From positions 1-52,807 of the IMG/VR virus record IMGVR_UViG_3300030207_000368: DNA of 52,807 bases; one strand, written 5' to 3'. This DNA is from a virus (Duplodnaviria; Caudoviricetes). The notes under the pieces are model-generated. The model made no database searches. It had not been told where the DNA came from and saw nothing but the letters and a program-made list of their open reading frames with translations. A program made the position numbers and the translations under genes. Shown piece after piece: positions 9,340 to 17,697 of this stretch. Every line of letters starts with the position of its first letter. Positions within the stretch are counted from its first letter, which is position 1.

Positions 9340-9600
9340 TCGATGGGTGAACTATATATTAGAATGAAAATAAAATATAAAAAACGAAATGTTTTGCTCA
9401 CGCCCTCTCTTACTTATTCTCTGTTTCATTTCTAATAACTCATAGATTTTCTATTACTTTTGACACTCACCAAGATCCACTGTTCTCGAGACTTTCAACG
9501 TGATTCTATTACTTCTATTGCTCTATTAGTCAATTCTGTTGAAAAAATAAAAAAAGTTTTTATTTCTAAATAGAACAATAACCGTAATAAATCGGCCATT
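9340..9600 (-). promoter_or_regulatory. AT-rich origin-like element A with AATAG iterons
   Basis: Minus strand AAATAAAAACTTTTTT, AATAGAGCAATAGAAGTAATA, AAAGTAATAGAA; inverted homologue at 28315-28535. Confidence 0.6.
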
Positions 9601-9613
9601 TCCAATAGCACTT

Positions 9614-9649
9614 TAGTCCTTTACTATGCGCGTTTTGGTACTTTATACT
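9614..9649 (+). promoter_or_regulatory. Early promoter
   Basis: TAGTCC-TTTACT-18 nt-TATACT, then hairpin and GAAAGG SD. Confidence 0.75.
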
Positions 9650-9706
9650 ATAAGCTAGCCCCGCTTTTACACGGGCGGGATTTTAGAAAGATAGAAAGGT
9701 AGAAAA

Positions 9707-10135
9707 ATGGATCTAAAAGATATAACCATGGAAATGTTTTCCGAAAGACCTACTACGACTACTAAGTTTAGTAGGGAGTTGATTGATATTTTGGCTAACC
9801 CCGAAAATACGATTAACGAAATGAACCCACTGCGTTCCGAGACTATGTCGTTAAGGTTGATAGAATTAGACTATCCCGCTGACGCGCCTGCTTACGGTAC
9901 TAGAATAGATCATTGGGGCGAGGCCGCTGACCTTGCTGAAATGAACTTTAAGCCACTGTATAAAATGATACCGCCTACGGAAACGGTAACAGTTACGCGA
10001 TGGTTTGAAACTGACTACGGGGAACCAGGAACGTGGGAGACTGTTATGTGGAGCGATCCTGATACGGGTAGTACTCGAATGACGGGAATAATTCACGACA
10101 CTCACTGTAATCCATACCTAGTTAAAATTATCTGA
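9707..10135 (+). CDS. Hypothetical early protein
   Basis: 142 aa with promoter and SD GAAAGG. Confidence 0.7.
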   Translation: MDLKDITMEMFSERPTTTTKFSRELIDILANPENTINEMNPLRSETMSLRLIELDYPADAPAYGTRIDHWGEAADLAEMNFKPLYKMIPPTETVTVTRWFETDYGEPGTWETVMWSDPDTGSTRMTGIIHDTHCNPYLVKII

Positions 10136-10182
10136 GTGGTTCTCCGAGCGACTTCTGAAAAGAGGTCGTTCTTGGAAACACT
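10135..10182 (+). promoter_or_regulatory. Long intergenic hairpin, possible RNase III site
   Basis: GAGCGACTTCT-GAAA-AGAGGTCGTTC (11 bp, 2 GU) plus outer AGTG/CACT stem; no U-tail. Confidence 0.5.
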
Positions 10183-10213
10183 ACGTTTCATTAACTAACA
10201 AAAAGGAAAACAT

Positions 10214-10408
10214 ATGTGCGATAACAGAATAGAGGTTACAGTACCAAAAGGCTACGACTACAGGATCGTGGAGTACCGTTGCGGATCGACCGGAATATAC
10301 GGTCAGATGATCCTGTGTGAGAAATGCGAATCACAGCGAGAGCATCGCGAGTCATTAGCCGAAGCAGATAATGCGTGGTTACGATCTGCAGGATGGGGAG
10401 AAATATAG
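10214..10408 (+). CDS. Small Cys-rich (Zn-binding?) protein
   Basis: SD AAGGA; C..C..CEKC pattern. Confidence 0.65.
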   Translation: MCDNRIEVTVPKGYDYRIVEYRCGSTGIYGQMILCEKCESQREHRESLAEADNAWLRSAGWGEI

Positions 10409-10545
10409 TGAGTAAGAAAAGACAAAAGCGAAACGAAAACGCCTTCCGAAAAACGGTTGGTATGGAACTTCTAAGAAAGCGAAAAGCAGCTCGGAGACGA
10501 GCTGCACTGGAAGCGGAAAAGGAGAAGTTAGCAGCCGAAGGTTAA
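10408..10545 (+). CDS. 45-aa Arg/Lys-rich peptide (not in ORF track)
   Basis: GTG overlapping upstream TAG, SD GGGGAG; MSKKRQKRNENAFRKTVGMELLRKRKAARRRAALEAEKEKLAAEG; ends just before the terminator. Confidence 0.65.
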   Translation: MSKKRQKRNENAFRKTVGMELLRKRKAARRRAALEAEKEKLAAEG

Positions 10546-10564
10546 CGAACCACGGTTCTAGATT

Positions 10565-10590
10565 AGCCCGCCACTGAGCGGGCTTTTTTT
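10565..10590 (+). terminator. Rho-independent terminator at convergence point
   Basis: AGCCCGC-CACTGA-GCGGGCT followed by a T run. Confidence 0.85.
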
Positions 10591-10601
10591 ATGCGTTGCT
10601 C

Positions 10602-10811
10602 CTATTCTTCATCAAAGTCTCCCCAATCCTTACGGGCGGTCATTTCGTTGTAACCGAGATAGTATTCAGCTCTCTGTTCGTCGCTCATATCTTTCTTCTC
10701 GACTCGATCCGACGCATAACTATCGCCTTTGTAATAATGAGGGTCGGGGAGCCGATGGTAATACGCATCGGCTGATCCTCGATCGTGGGGGGATCCGTGT
10801 CTTTTATTCAC
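10602..10811 (-). CDS. Conserved phage hypothetical protein
   Basis: HGSPHDRGSADAYY..PHY motif; SD AGGAG. Confidence 0.7.
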   Translation of the reverse strand: MNKRHGSPHDRGSADAYYHRLPDPHYYKGDSYASDRVEKKDMSDEQRAEYYLGYNEMTARKDWGDFDEE

Positions 10812-10834
10812 TAAACTTCTCCTGCAAATCCTTG

Positions 10835-11122
10835 TTAATAAGCTCCAAATCTTGCCTCCAGTTCTCTAACCAAGTCTCTCGGTAGATAGTCGTGCGGGTT
10901 GTCGTACCCCTTATCAACCTCTTTAGTGTAGATCGACTCGTCTTTTAGTTTGATGTCGAAGATCATATAATTATGGATTCCCCAGTAATCACGTTCGACT
11001 CCGTATCCGAGGCTCTCGATAAAGTCGGCGACGATATCGGTTCCGTTCCAACCGTCACCGTCCCCGAATCCGAACTTGTCGAACGCTTCTTCCCATTCCC
11101 ATTCGATTTCTTCTCTAGGCAT
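10835..11122 (-). CDS. Hypothetical protein
   Basis: 95 aa, KFGFGDGDG..WGIHNY; SD GGGAG. Confidence 0.7.
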   Translation of the reverse strand: MPREEIEWEWEEAFDKFGFGDGDGWNGTDIVADFIESLGYGVERDYWGIHNYMIFDIKLKDESIYTKEVDKGYDNPHDYLPRDLVRELEARFGAY

Positions 11123-11432
11123 ATTCTTTCTCCCTAAAAGGTGATTCTGAATAACACCCTATCAACATATCGTTTAGGTGCTCGTAACAGTCTTTATCGA
11201 CTGTGTGGTTTTCTCCGTTTTCCAACAGTACCCAGTAGCTGTGTTCCGTCAACCCTAAAAACCCGCGATCCATATGAATCAACAAGGCTCCTCCAAGGTG
11301 GTCGATCTTAGTGTTGTACTGAGCCCAGGACTCGAACATTTCTTCTGGGTCTGCGATCTTGTTGTAAAACCGTTCTTCGGCTAGTTTGAACAAGTGGTTG
11401 TAGTCCACTATGTTTCTTAGCTCTTCATCCAT
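11115..11432 (-). CDS. Hypothetical protein
   Basis: Start moved to MDEELR behind SD AAGGAG. Confidence 0.65.
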   Translation of the reverse strand: MDEELRNIVDYNHLFKLAEERFYNKIADPEEMFESWAQYNTKIDHLGGALLIHMDRGFLGLTEHSYWVLLENGENHTVDKDCYEHLNDMLIGCYSESPFREKEYA

Positions 11433-11445
11433 TGCTTTCTCCTTT

Positions 11446-11823
11446 CTATCCTGAATAAGGTGTATCGTACCAACGTGTTGGTTCATAGTATGTGGCGGGA
11501 CCGTTCGTCCACACGTCGAATTTATAATACATTCCTGGATATTCTTTTCCTCGTGGGTCGTGCCAGTGGAATGTAACTACTTCGATAAAGCCGAAGTTTT
11601 TGTGATCAACATCTGTAATGTTTTCGTGATTAGCTAAATCAACCACAAACTCTTCTATGGTCGGGCTTAGTTCGTGTGCGTTAAGATTGCCAATCTCTTT
11701 TTCTTTAGGTCTTTCAATAACCCCCCAATCTTCAGGGTCACTCAACACCCAGAACTCGTCATTCAAATAATGTTCGATAAGTTCTGGTCCCTCTACAGAG
11801 AGTGGTTCATATTCATTTTTCAT
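11446..11823 (-). CDS. Hypothetical acidic protein
   Basis: 125 aa; first gene after the promoter at 11882-11916. Confidence 0.7.
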   Translation of the reverse strand: MKNEYEPLSVEGPELIEHYLNDEFWVLSDPEDWGVIERPKEKEIGNLNAHELSPTIEEFVVDLANHENITDVDHKNFGFIEVVTFHWHDPRGKEYPGMYYKFDVWTNGPATYYEPTRWYDTPYSG

Positions 11824-11881
11824 TTCTTTCTTCCTTTCTATCTTTCTAAAAATCCCGCCTACGGGCGCGGGGGCTACGTTT

Positions 11882-11916
11882 AGGTTAACCCGCGACTACC
11901 CGATAGTAAAGCACTA
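11882..11916 (-). promoter_or_regulatory. Early promoter
   Basis: TAGTGC-TTTACT-17 nt-TAACCT. Confidence 0.75.
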
Positions 11917-11958
11917 AACGACGAGTCCCAACAGCTGTATTATGAGTACCTGTAGTTA

Positions 11959-12141
11959 TTATTCTTTCGGTGTCAACACCAGTCGCTCCCTGTCGAATCC
12001 TGGTCGTCTACTAGACAATCCAAATAGCTTTTTCTTTTCGCTCAGTGGTCTATCTGCACTGGCTCCTGCAGGAACTTTTTCGATCGATCCTCCCTTCTTG
12101 AGGAACTCTTCGACTTGTTTATTTATCTCCTCGCTATCCAT
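11959..12141 (-). CDS. SutA-like RNA polymerase-binding small protein
   Basis: INKQVEEFLKKGGSIEKVPAG resembles the SutA core (EEFLxxGGxI); start MDSEE behind SD GAGG. Confidence 0.6.
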   Translation of the reverse strand: MDSEEINKQVEEFLKKGGSIEKVPAGASADRPLSEKKKLFGLSSRRPGFDRERLVLTPKE

Positions 12142-12385
12142 TTTTGCCTCTTTAGTTATCGAGTAGAACAGGTTTCTAGTGTAGTAGTCGGAGCGATTCA
12201 CGTCAAATTCAAGAGTAGCAAACGCACCGTAAGACTACTCCCCGATGCAGACGCACTTCATCGCTCCTTTTTCTCCTTGACCAACATACTGCGATGGTCA
12301 GGTGGCGAGAACGGCTATGAATAAACCGCAGGAATCTCCAACAGACGCTACTACTCGCCAGTTTCAATGATGCATCGATCCTTCT

Positions 12386-12589
12386 TTATGCCCTTAGCCT
12401 CGCTGGTATCACCACCGAGTAATTGCAATCGTCACAACACTGTCCTTCTGCCACGGGTCTAGCATTATGCCCGTGAGTCCAGAAAATGTCACCTTCCGGA
12501 GTACGTTGGGGTTCGATCGCTTCTTTACAGATTATACAGTTTTCCAGTTTTACTGGTTCCAGGAATCTTCCGTTAGGGTCTTCTTCCAT
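12386..12589 (-). CDS. Small Zn-finger protein
   Basis: CIIC..HNARPV..CCDDCN..VIPARL. Confidence 0.7.
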   Translation of the reverse strand: MEEDPNGRFLEPVKLENCIICKEAIEPQRTPEGDIFWTHGHNARPVAEGQCCDDCNYSVVIPARLRA

Positions 12590-12590
12590 A

Positions 12591-12833
12591 TTATCTTCCT
12601 ATAAATTTAATGTCTGAGTTTGGAATAACCTGATATGCACCTTTGTTGTACGCAGGTGCAATCGTCGCATTCGCAAGCGGTCGTGATTCGACTTTCCCCG
12701 TAGCATGAGTCGTAGGCTCACGCGAAGGGTAGTCGGCTCGTGACTGCCACTCAGGTTGTGGTTTACGTTGCAGTGGCCGGAATGGTGGTTCCGGCCTTTT
12801 TCTGTTTGGGAGCATCTTGTATCTACTTGGCAC
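12591..12833 (-). CDS. Conserved phage hypothetical protein
   Basis: TIAPAYNKGAYQVI motif familiar from marine phages. Confidence 0.7.
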   Translation of the reverse strand: MPSRYKMLPNRKRPEPPFRPLQRKPQPEWQSRADYPSREPTTHATGKVESRPLANATIAPAYNKGAYQVIPNSDIKFIGR

Positions 12834-13386
12834 GCTGTTCCTCTACAAACTTATCTGCATCTTTCATGAACTCGTCAGCTAGGTTCTTCATATTCTCAAC
12901 GTCTTCTAGCAAACTGGTCTCAGGCTCGTGGTCGAAGATACTCTTGTCTTGAGTATCGTAAGTACTGTCGAACACACCTGACTGCTGCAGCTTCTCGTTG
13001 AACTTTATGTAGTAAGCACTGAACTGATCGCGGTTATGTTCATTAGTGTCTATAGACTTCGCGTAAAGCCAGTCGCTAAAGTGTTTAAGACGGTCGACTA
13101 TCGAACCGCCGATCTTGTACTCTCGTACAAGCGACATACCCTTGTTGTCAGGCAGGATATCGGCAGGCGATACAATACTGTAGAACACTGCTTCCATGTA
13201 CATACCTGACATGATATGCTGGAACTCTTCCTGATCTTCCGATAGGATGTAACTGCTTACTGCTTCGAATGCGTGTCTACCGTAGTCGCACATCGCACTG
13301 GTGTGGTGTGTCGAAAAGTTACACGCTTCTAGGTAATAAGGTCGCAGGATGCGATCCTTAAACTCACTTGCAAGAAATGTTTTCAT
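12823..13386 (-). CDS. Hypothetical protein
   Basis: 187 aa, SD AAAGGAG, follows a promoter. Confidence 0.75.
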   Translation of the reverse strand: MKTFLASEFKDRILRPYYLEACNFSTHHTSAMCDYGRHAFEAVSSYILSEDQEEFQHIMSGMYMEAVFYSIVSPADILPDNKGMSLVREYKIGGSIVDRLKHFSDWLYAKSIDTNEHNRDQFSAYYIKFNEKLQQSGVFDSTYDTQDKSIFDHEPETSLLEDVENMKNLADEFMKDADKFVEEQRAK

Positions 13387-13437
13387 ACTTTCTCCTTTCT
13401 CGTTGTAGTCTGCGGCCCGTAGGCCGCGCCAATTTAT

Positions 13438-13472
13438 ACTTTACTTAGGGACTACCCGAAAGTAAAGCACTA
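13438..13472 (-). promoter_or_regulatory. Early promoter
   Basis: TAGTGC-TTTACT-17 nt-TAAAGT; the TAG doubles as the upstream stop codon. Confidence 0.8.
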
Positions 13473-13694
13473 AGCCGAGACCGTGGGGTCATCGTCAAAG
13501 TCTAAAATTTCTTTTACTAAATCTTCTATATCGTCGCGTACTTTGTGCGACCATGTAGGCATCGTCACGTTTTGTAGGTCGGCAAAGAACACAGAGTTTG
13601 CTATTTCTGCGATAAATATGTTAACCACTCGTTGTTTGAGACGATCTTCGTTCTCAACGATGTAATCACGAATCGCCTGTTCTGTTCTCTTCAT
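13470..13694 (-). CDS. Hypothetical protein
   Basis: ATGA-coupled start MKRTEQ. Confidence 0.6.
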   Translation of the reverse strand: MKRTEQAIRDYIVENEDRLKQRVVNIFIAEIANSVFFADLQNVTMPTWSHKVRDDIEDLVKEILDFDDDPTVSA

Positions 13695-13996
13695 TGAGTT
13701 CTCCATGCCCCTAGATAAAACTGGCCATTATCTTCTTGTCTTAGCCGAGTGGCTAATTTTTTGTAGGTGTCGTCTTTCGAATTAGGGCGACGCTTGTGGT
13801 GCACCATACATCGAATAATTTTCGCTCTCATTTTTTCCGCAACTTTACGGCTGTTATACGGTCCCATTTCAAACGAGTCACCAACCTCTAATTGTTCAAC
13901 AGCGATTCGTAATTTAGACTTGCTGCGTCCTGGAGGAAGCGATCCTCCCTCACGTGAGTTTGGAATCGGTACATTCTTTCTAATTTCTATATCCAT
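13691..13996 (-). CDS. Small putative DNA-binding protein
   Basis: IEIRKNVPIP..LEVGDSF..AWR pattern; start MDIEIR. Confidence 0.6.
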   Translation of the reverse strand: MDIEIRKNVPIPNSREGGSLPPGRSKSKLRIAVEQLEVGDSFEMGPYNSRKVAEKMRAKIIRCMVHHKRRPNSKDDTYKKLATRLRQEDNGQFYLGAWRTQ

Positions 13997-14079
13997 ATTT
14001 CCCCTGCATTGGAATTGATAGGCCCGTCTTCGACCACACGGACGGGTACGTGCTAACAAAGCTAAGGTGTAGCTTCGGT

Positions 14080-14454
14080 CTAATACATTGTCTCCGCGTC
14101 TACTACTATTCGTCGGTGCAAGTTCGGTGGGATCTCAGGAAGTTTCCTGGTTAATAACATGAACCATCCACACTTGTCACACTGTACCGCGTTGTACTTC
14201 TCTTCATCAGGTCTATCAAAACTAAACCACTCTCCGCATTTCTGGTCAGGACATATTGTTGCATCGCCATCCATTAATTCGTAGAGTATGTCTAGCTCCT
14301 CGCCTTCTGCGTCGTAAAAATCATTGAACGTACTCTGTAGAAAGTCTCCGTCTGACTCGAAGGAGTTTCTATACTCTGTGCTGTACCTTCTTCTTGTTCC
14401 GTTGTACTCGACTATGGTATCGAGTGAACCGTCATCAACTATTCTTGCTTTCAT
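14080..14454 (-). CDS. Zn-ribbon protein
   Basis: CPDQKCG..CDKCG. Confidence 0.65.
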   Translation of the reverse strand: MKARIVDDGSLDTIVEYNGTRRRYSTEYRNSFESDGDFLQSTFNDFYDAEGEELDILYELMDGDATICPDQKCGEWFSFDRPDEEKYNAVQCDKCGWFMLLTRKLPEIPPNLHRRIVVDAETMY

Positions 14455-14615
14455 AGTCGACCTGCTATTGGAGTTTCTAACACTTCATCACGTCTCCAAT
14501 ATCCTGTTCTTAGGTAAGACTCTACGTCTGCCCAGTATTTTTTCATGTCGGGATCTATCGTTCTGTTTCCCGCTTCCTTGACCGATTTAATTCGGTAACT
14601 TGTACTCTTTCTCAT
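14451..14615 (-). CDS. Hypothetical small protein
   Basis: Start MRKSTS behind SD GGAG; ATGA-coupled to next gene. Confidence 0.55.
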   Translation of the reverse strand: MRKSTSYRIKSVKEAGNRTIDPDMKKYWADVESYLRTGYWRRDEVLETPIAGRL

Positions 14616-14625
14616 ACTTTTCTCC

Positions 14626-14651
14626 GAAAACTGGGGAGGCCGAAGCCTCCC
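14626..14651 (-). terminator. UUCG-capped hairpin, weak terminator
   Basis: GGGAGGC-TTCG-GCCTCCC followed by CAGTTTT. Confidence 0.55.
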
Positions 14652-14658
14652 GTTTAGT

Positions 14659-15051
14659 CTATACAAGCTCTATGAGCCCCTCTGCCAACAAGTCTTTTGT
14701 GTACTCGTTAGCAATACGCTTCTTCTGTTTCTCGGGGTTTTTGGTGCGGGCCATATCTAAGTGCCCCTCCTCAACCGCGAGATCAACAAGTTGCGATATA
14801 GGAAATGATTGTCTATCAAATTCCTTGCTTTCGATATCCTCTAAGGCATTCCCCAAGCCACGAAACTGTGGGGTTTTCTTATCGACATCTTTTATAGACT
14901 TAGTTGTCTTCTTGTACAACTTCCTCGCTCTGCCACGAGTGGACGCCTCGGGTAGAGGCACACTCACAACAGGTGCGGGTGTTTTCGATACTGTCTTAGC
15001 GACAGTAGGTTTCTTCGTCGTAGCTTTCGCTACCTTCTTCGCTGCGGCCAT
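14659..15051 (-). CDS. Basic protein with histone H1-like A/K/T-rich N-terminus
   Basis: MAAAKKVAKATTKKPTVAKT; SD AAAGGAG; own promoter and hairpin. Confidence 0.7.
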   Translation of the reverse strand: MAAAKKVAKATTKKPTVAKTVSKTPAPVVSVPLPEASTRGRARKLYKKTTKSIKDVDKKTPQFRGLGNALEDIESKEFDRQSFPISQLVDLAVEEGHLDMARTKNPEKQKKRIANEYTKDLLAEGLIELV

Positions 15052-15107
15052 AATGGTTCTCCTTTCTATCAGCCATTCTTCTTTCTGCCTACTAAGTAGG
15101 AACAACT

Positions 15108-15142
15108 AGCGTAACGCAGGACGTTACGAAAGTAAAGCACTA
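15108..15142 (-). promoter_or_regulatory. Early promoter
   Basis: TAGTGC-TTTACT-17 nt-TACGCT. Confidence 0.75.
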
Positions 15143-15148
15143 AGAACA

Positions 15149-15397
15149 CTAGTGCTTATTCTTTAGATCAGGGTCTTGGTTAACGTAAGCACTTGTTGGT
15201 TCACCAGTGTCGAAAAACTTTCCCGTCTCAGGTGCAAGTGTATTCTCTGCTACTAGTGCCAGAAGATCTGACGTTCGTTTTTCAAGAACCTTCAACTGTT
15301 CACAGTAGTGATCTAATCGCTCTGCCGTAGTCCCAAGCTCTACAGCCATCGCCATAAGCTCGCCGATTACGTCAATTTCATCTTTATTATCGGTCAT
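15149..15397 (-). CDS. Hypothetical coiled-coil protein
   Basis: ATGA-coupled start MTDNK, SD GGAGG. Confidence 0.65.
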   Translation of the reverse strand: MTDNKDEIDVIGELMAMAVELGTTAERLDHYCEQLKVLEKRTSDLLALVAENTLAPETGKFFDTGEPTSAYVNQDPDLKNKH

Positions 15398-15693
15398 TCG
15401 ATCCTCCATATCCTAACCCCACTCACTTCATTCTCGAGCTTAACACGCGCCGTGAATTTCCATTCAGGGTCTTGTTTTTTAGAAAATCCTCTAAACGACT
15501 GGTCTAAACGATTCTTGAGCTTTTTAGCATTATCGTCAGGGTTGTCGTCAGGTATGAAAAATTTTGAAGCGTAAACTTTTTTGCCTTTCTCTTCCCTTGG
15601 AGCATCAAATTTTTCCCAAGGAACTTGGGTTTTACCTCTGATGTCTGTAGGAATATCGTAGCTATAGTCTAGCTCGAAGTCGTCGTCACTCAT
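15394..15693 (-). CDS. Small putative DNA-binding protein
   Basis: IP..PW..F..KFTAR..GVRIWRIE, similar in pattern to 13691..13996. Confidence 0.6.
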   Translation of the reverse strand: MSDDDFELDYSYDIPTDIRGKTQVPWEKFDAPREEKGKKVYASKFFIPDDNPDDNAKKLKNRLDQSFRGFSKKQDPEWKFTARVKLENEVSGVRIWRIE

Positions 15694-15958
15694 TCACATC
15701 TCCTGTCTGGTTGAACTCTGCGAGAGACAGCTCGTCACAGAATCGGACTGTGTCTTCGGATAGTTCGCACTCTTGTAGTTTCATCTTTATAGCTACGTTG
15801 CGAGAAAGGTCTCGACTAAAGTTCTGTAGCTCTTCAAACTCTGAGAGTGGGTTGTCTAGCAGATCAGGATCTGCTAGTTGGTTGAGACACCACCAGACCT
15901 TGCTGATGGTGTCTTCGTCTACAACGATTGCGTTCTTTAACTTCTGAACTCTTCCCAC
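15686..15958 (-). CDS. Hypothetical protein
   Basis: GTG overlapping the upstream stop. Confidence 0.6.
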   Translation of the reverse strand: MGRVQKLKNAIVVDEDTISKVWWCLNQLADPDLLDNPLSEFEELQNFSRDLSRNVAIKMKLQECELSEDTVRFCDELSLAEFNQTGDVNE

Positions 15959-17007
15959 TACGCTGCCCTCGCGTATTCAAGAGCTAAGTTCAACGCTTTC
16001 GTCTTACGGTTAGAAGCATCTCCGAACATCGCGTTGTATACTTTATTGTCGCCACCGCGCTGGTGATCTTCAATAAATGTAACCGCGTTTAGTGCGCCCC
16101 ACCAAGTGCCCTTGGCAGATTTCAGTTGCGCTCCAGGAGATTCTTCAAGTGAACGTCGAGTTAGTTCAGCGTATTTACTAAACTGTTCGCGTAAGAGGAT
16201 AGGCTCGCCAATCTTCTTGCCTTCTTCTCTGAGCCGTTGTTGCTCAGCGTACTCTTTGTACAATGTAGGCTGCTGTACCCTAGTGACAAACTCAAGTACC
16301 TGACCTTCCGTAGCTTTCTTGGTAGAAAGAAACTTCACAGCATCTTTGAACTCGGTACGCATCTCTTGTATAACGCCCATCGTTTTAAGAGCTTCGGCCT
16401 CTCGTACTTCGTCAAATACAGAACGGTGTGACATACGAAACTCGTTTTGTGCTTGGCTACGCATTGCCATCTGCAATGTGTTGTTGCACACAACACGAAC
16501 TTCCGTTCCTCGTATGTTCATGGAATGTCCTGGTTGGTGCGGTTGATGAAACAATACAAAACTGTTCATTTCATCGCCGCCGGTAAGTTCGTACGCGTCA
16601 TTAATACGCGCAAGACCCCATATGCTCTGGCCGTTCTTTAAGCTACCCGCCGTTTCCATAGTGATGTCGGCGTGCTTAGAAAACTTCTGAAAGAAATCGA
16701 AGATACGCTCGTTTTGTATGGGTTGGTAATCGCTACCGCACGAACCAAGTATTGAGTTGTCTGAGTCGCGTACTAGGTCAAAGCGATCAGGGTTAGGTAG
16801 AAGTTGCAACGCAATGTTGCCATCTTCGTCAGGCTCGTATTGATTCATAGGAATCGCTGACGTCCAAGTGTTACGTTTAGTAACAGTCCAGTCAAGCCCT
16901 GCGGCTTCCATCATTTCATATGGCGTTAGGTCAGGTTGTACTGCAACACCCTCGCGGTGCCATGGTACTTCTCCTGAGTACGCCATCGTTTCTACTGCTG
17001 CTGCCAT
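15958..17007 (-). CDS. DUF932-family phage/plasmid protein
   Basis: VPWH..AGLDWTV..ETAGSL..RVVCNNTL..GTWWGALNAVT; SD AAGGAGG. Confidence 0.85.
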   Translation of the reverse strand: MAAAVETMAYSGEVPWHREGVAVQPDLTPYEMMEAAGLDWTVTKRNTWTSAIPMNQYEPDEDGNIALQLLPNPDRFDLVRDSDNSILGSCGSDYQPIQNERIFDFFQKFSKHADITMETAGSLKNGQSIWGLARINDAYELTGGDEMNSFVLFHQPHQPGHSMNIRGTEVRVVCNNTLQMAMRSQAQNEFRMSHRSVFDEVREAEALKTMGVIQEMRTEFKDAVKFLSTKKATEGQVLEFVTRVQQPTLYKEYAEQQRLREEGKKIGEPILLREQFSKYAELTRRSLEESPGAQLKSAKGTWWGALNAVTFIEDHQRGGDNKVYNAMFGDASNRKTKALNLALEYARAA

Positions 17008-17069
17008 AATTGGCCTCCTTATTTCAGTTCTACTTTCTTTGGTAGGCGGTATGCCGCGCTACTTTTTAT

Positions 17070-17104
17070 ACCTTAACCGCCGACGTTTAGAAAGTAAAGC
17101 ACTA
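17070..17104 (-). promoter_or_regulatory. Early promoter
   Basis: TAGTGC-TTTACT-17 nt-TAAGGT; the TAG doubles as a stop codon. Confidence 0.8.
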
Positions 17105-17491
17105 AAAAATGAATTTAAACAGCTTCTCCCATTCGTAAGGAGGGCTAAGACTAACGTGTAAGTCACTGTTCCAATTCACTTTTCCCTCTAAAAACTCTTC
17201 TAGTTCATACTCGGAAATGTCAAACGCTCGTAGCTCTTTGTCTTTTTTCACTAGAATGAAACAGTTCCCTCCGCTTATGTTTCTGTTATGCATCCAGACA
17301 ATCTGAAACTCAGTCAGAGTTAGTTTATTTCCTTTGATTGATTTCAGTTCGATCCAGACTTCTTTCCCTGCATAGCAGACATTGACATCAGGTACTCCTC
17401 GAGCAGTCCCTCCAGTCTCGATCCTTTGAACATGGGCTTCTTTGGGAAGGTTAGCTTTCAGTAGCTTCCAGAGCGATGCTTCTTGTGGCAT
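17102..17491 (-). CDS. VRR-NUC / Holliday junction resolvase-like PD-(D/E)xK nuclease
   Basis: RIE..GVPD..WIELK..Q..W; start MPQEASLW. Confidence 0.8.
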   Translation of the reverse strand: MPQEASLWKLLKANLPKEAHVQRIETGGTARGVPDVNVCYAGKEVWIELKSIKGNKLTLTEFQIVWMHNRNISGGNCFILVKKDKELRAFDISEYELEEFLEGKVNWNSDLHVSLSPPYEWEKLFKFIF

Positions 17492-17697
17492 TAGTTCTCC
17501 TGTCGATGCTGTGCATAATAATCTCCCTGACCATCTGAACAACGCTGTACGATTTGCCAGACTCGCTGTTTAGTCAAGCCGTAATCTTTTCCGATCTCTT
17601 CCAGAGTCTTTTCCTCCTCTGAGTATAATCGAAAGATTTCAAGATTCCTTTTTTCAAATTTAGATATTTTCTCCTGAGTAAGACTCTGTATCCTCAT
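17491..17697 (-). CDS. Sigma-70 region 4-like HTH protein
   Basis: TLEEIGKDYGLTKQRVWQI; ATGA-coupled to the polymerase. Confidence 0.75.
   Translation of the reverse strand: MRIQSLTQEKISKFEKRNLEIFRLYSEEEKTLEEIGKDYGLTKQRVWQIVQRCSDGQGDYYAQHRQEN

Noticed and set aside
14600-15109. 169-aa plus-strand ORF
   Set aside because: Antisense to a gene that has a clear promoter, SD and terminator
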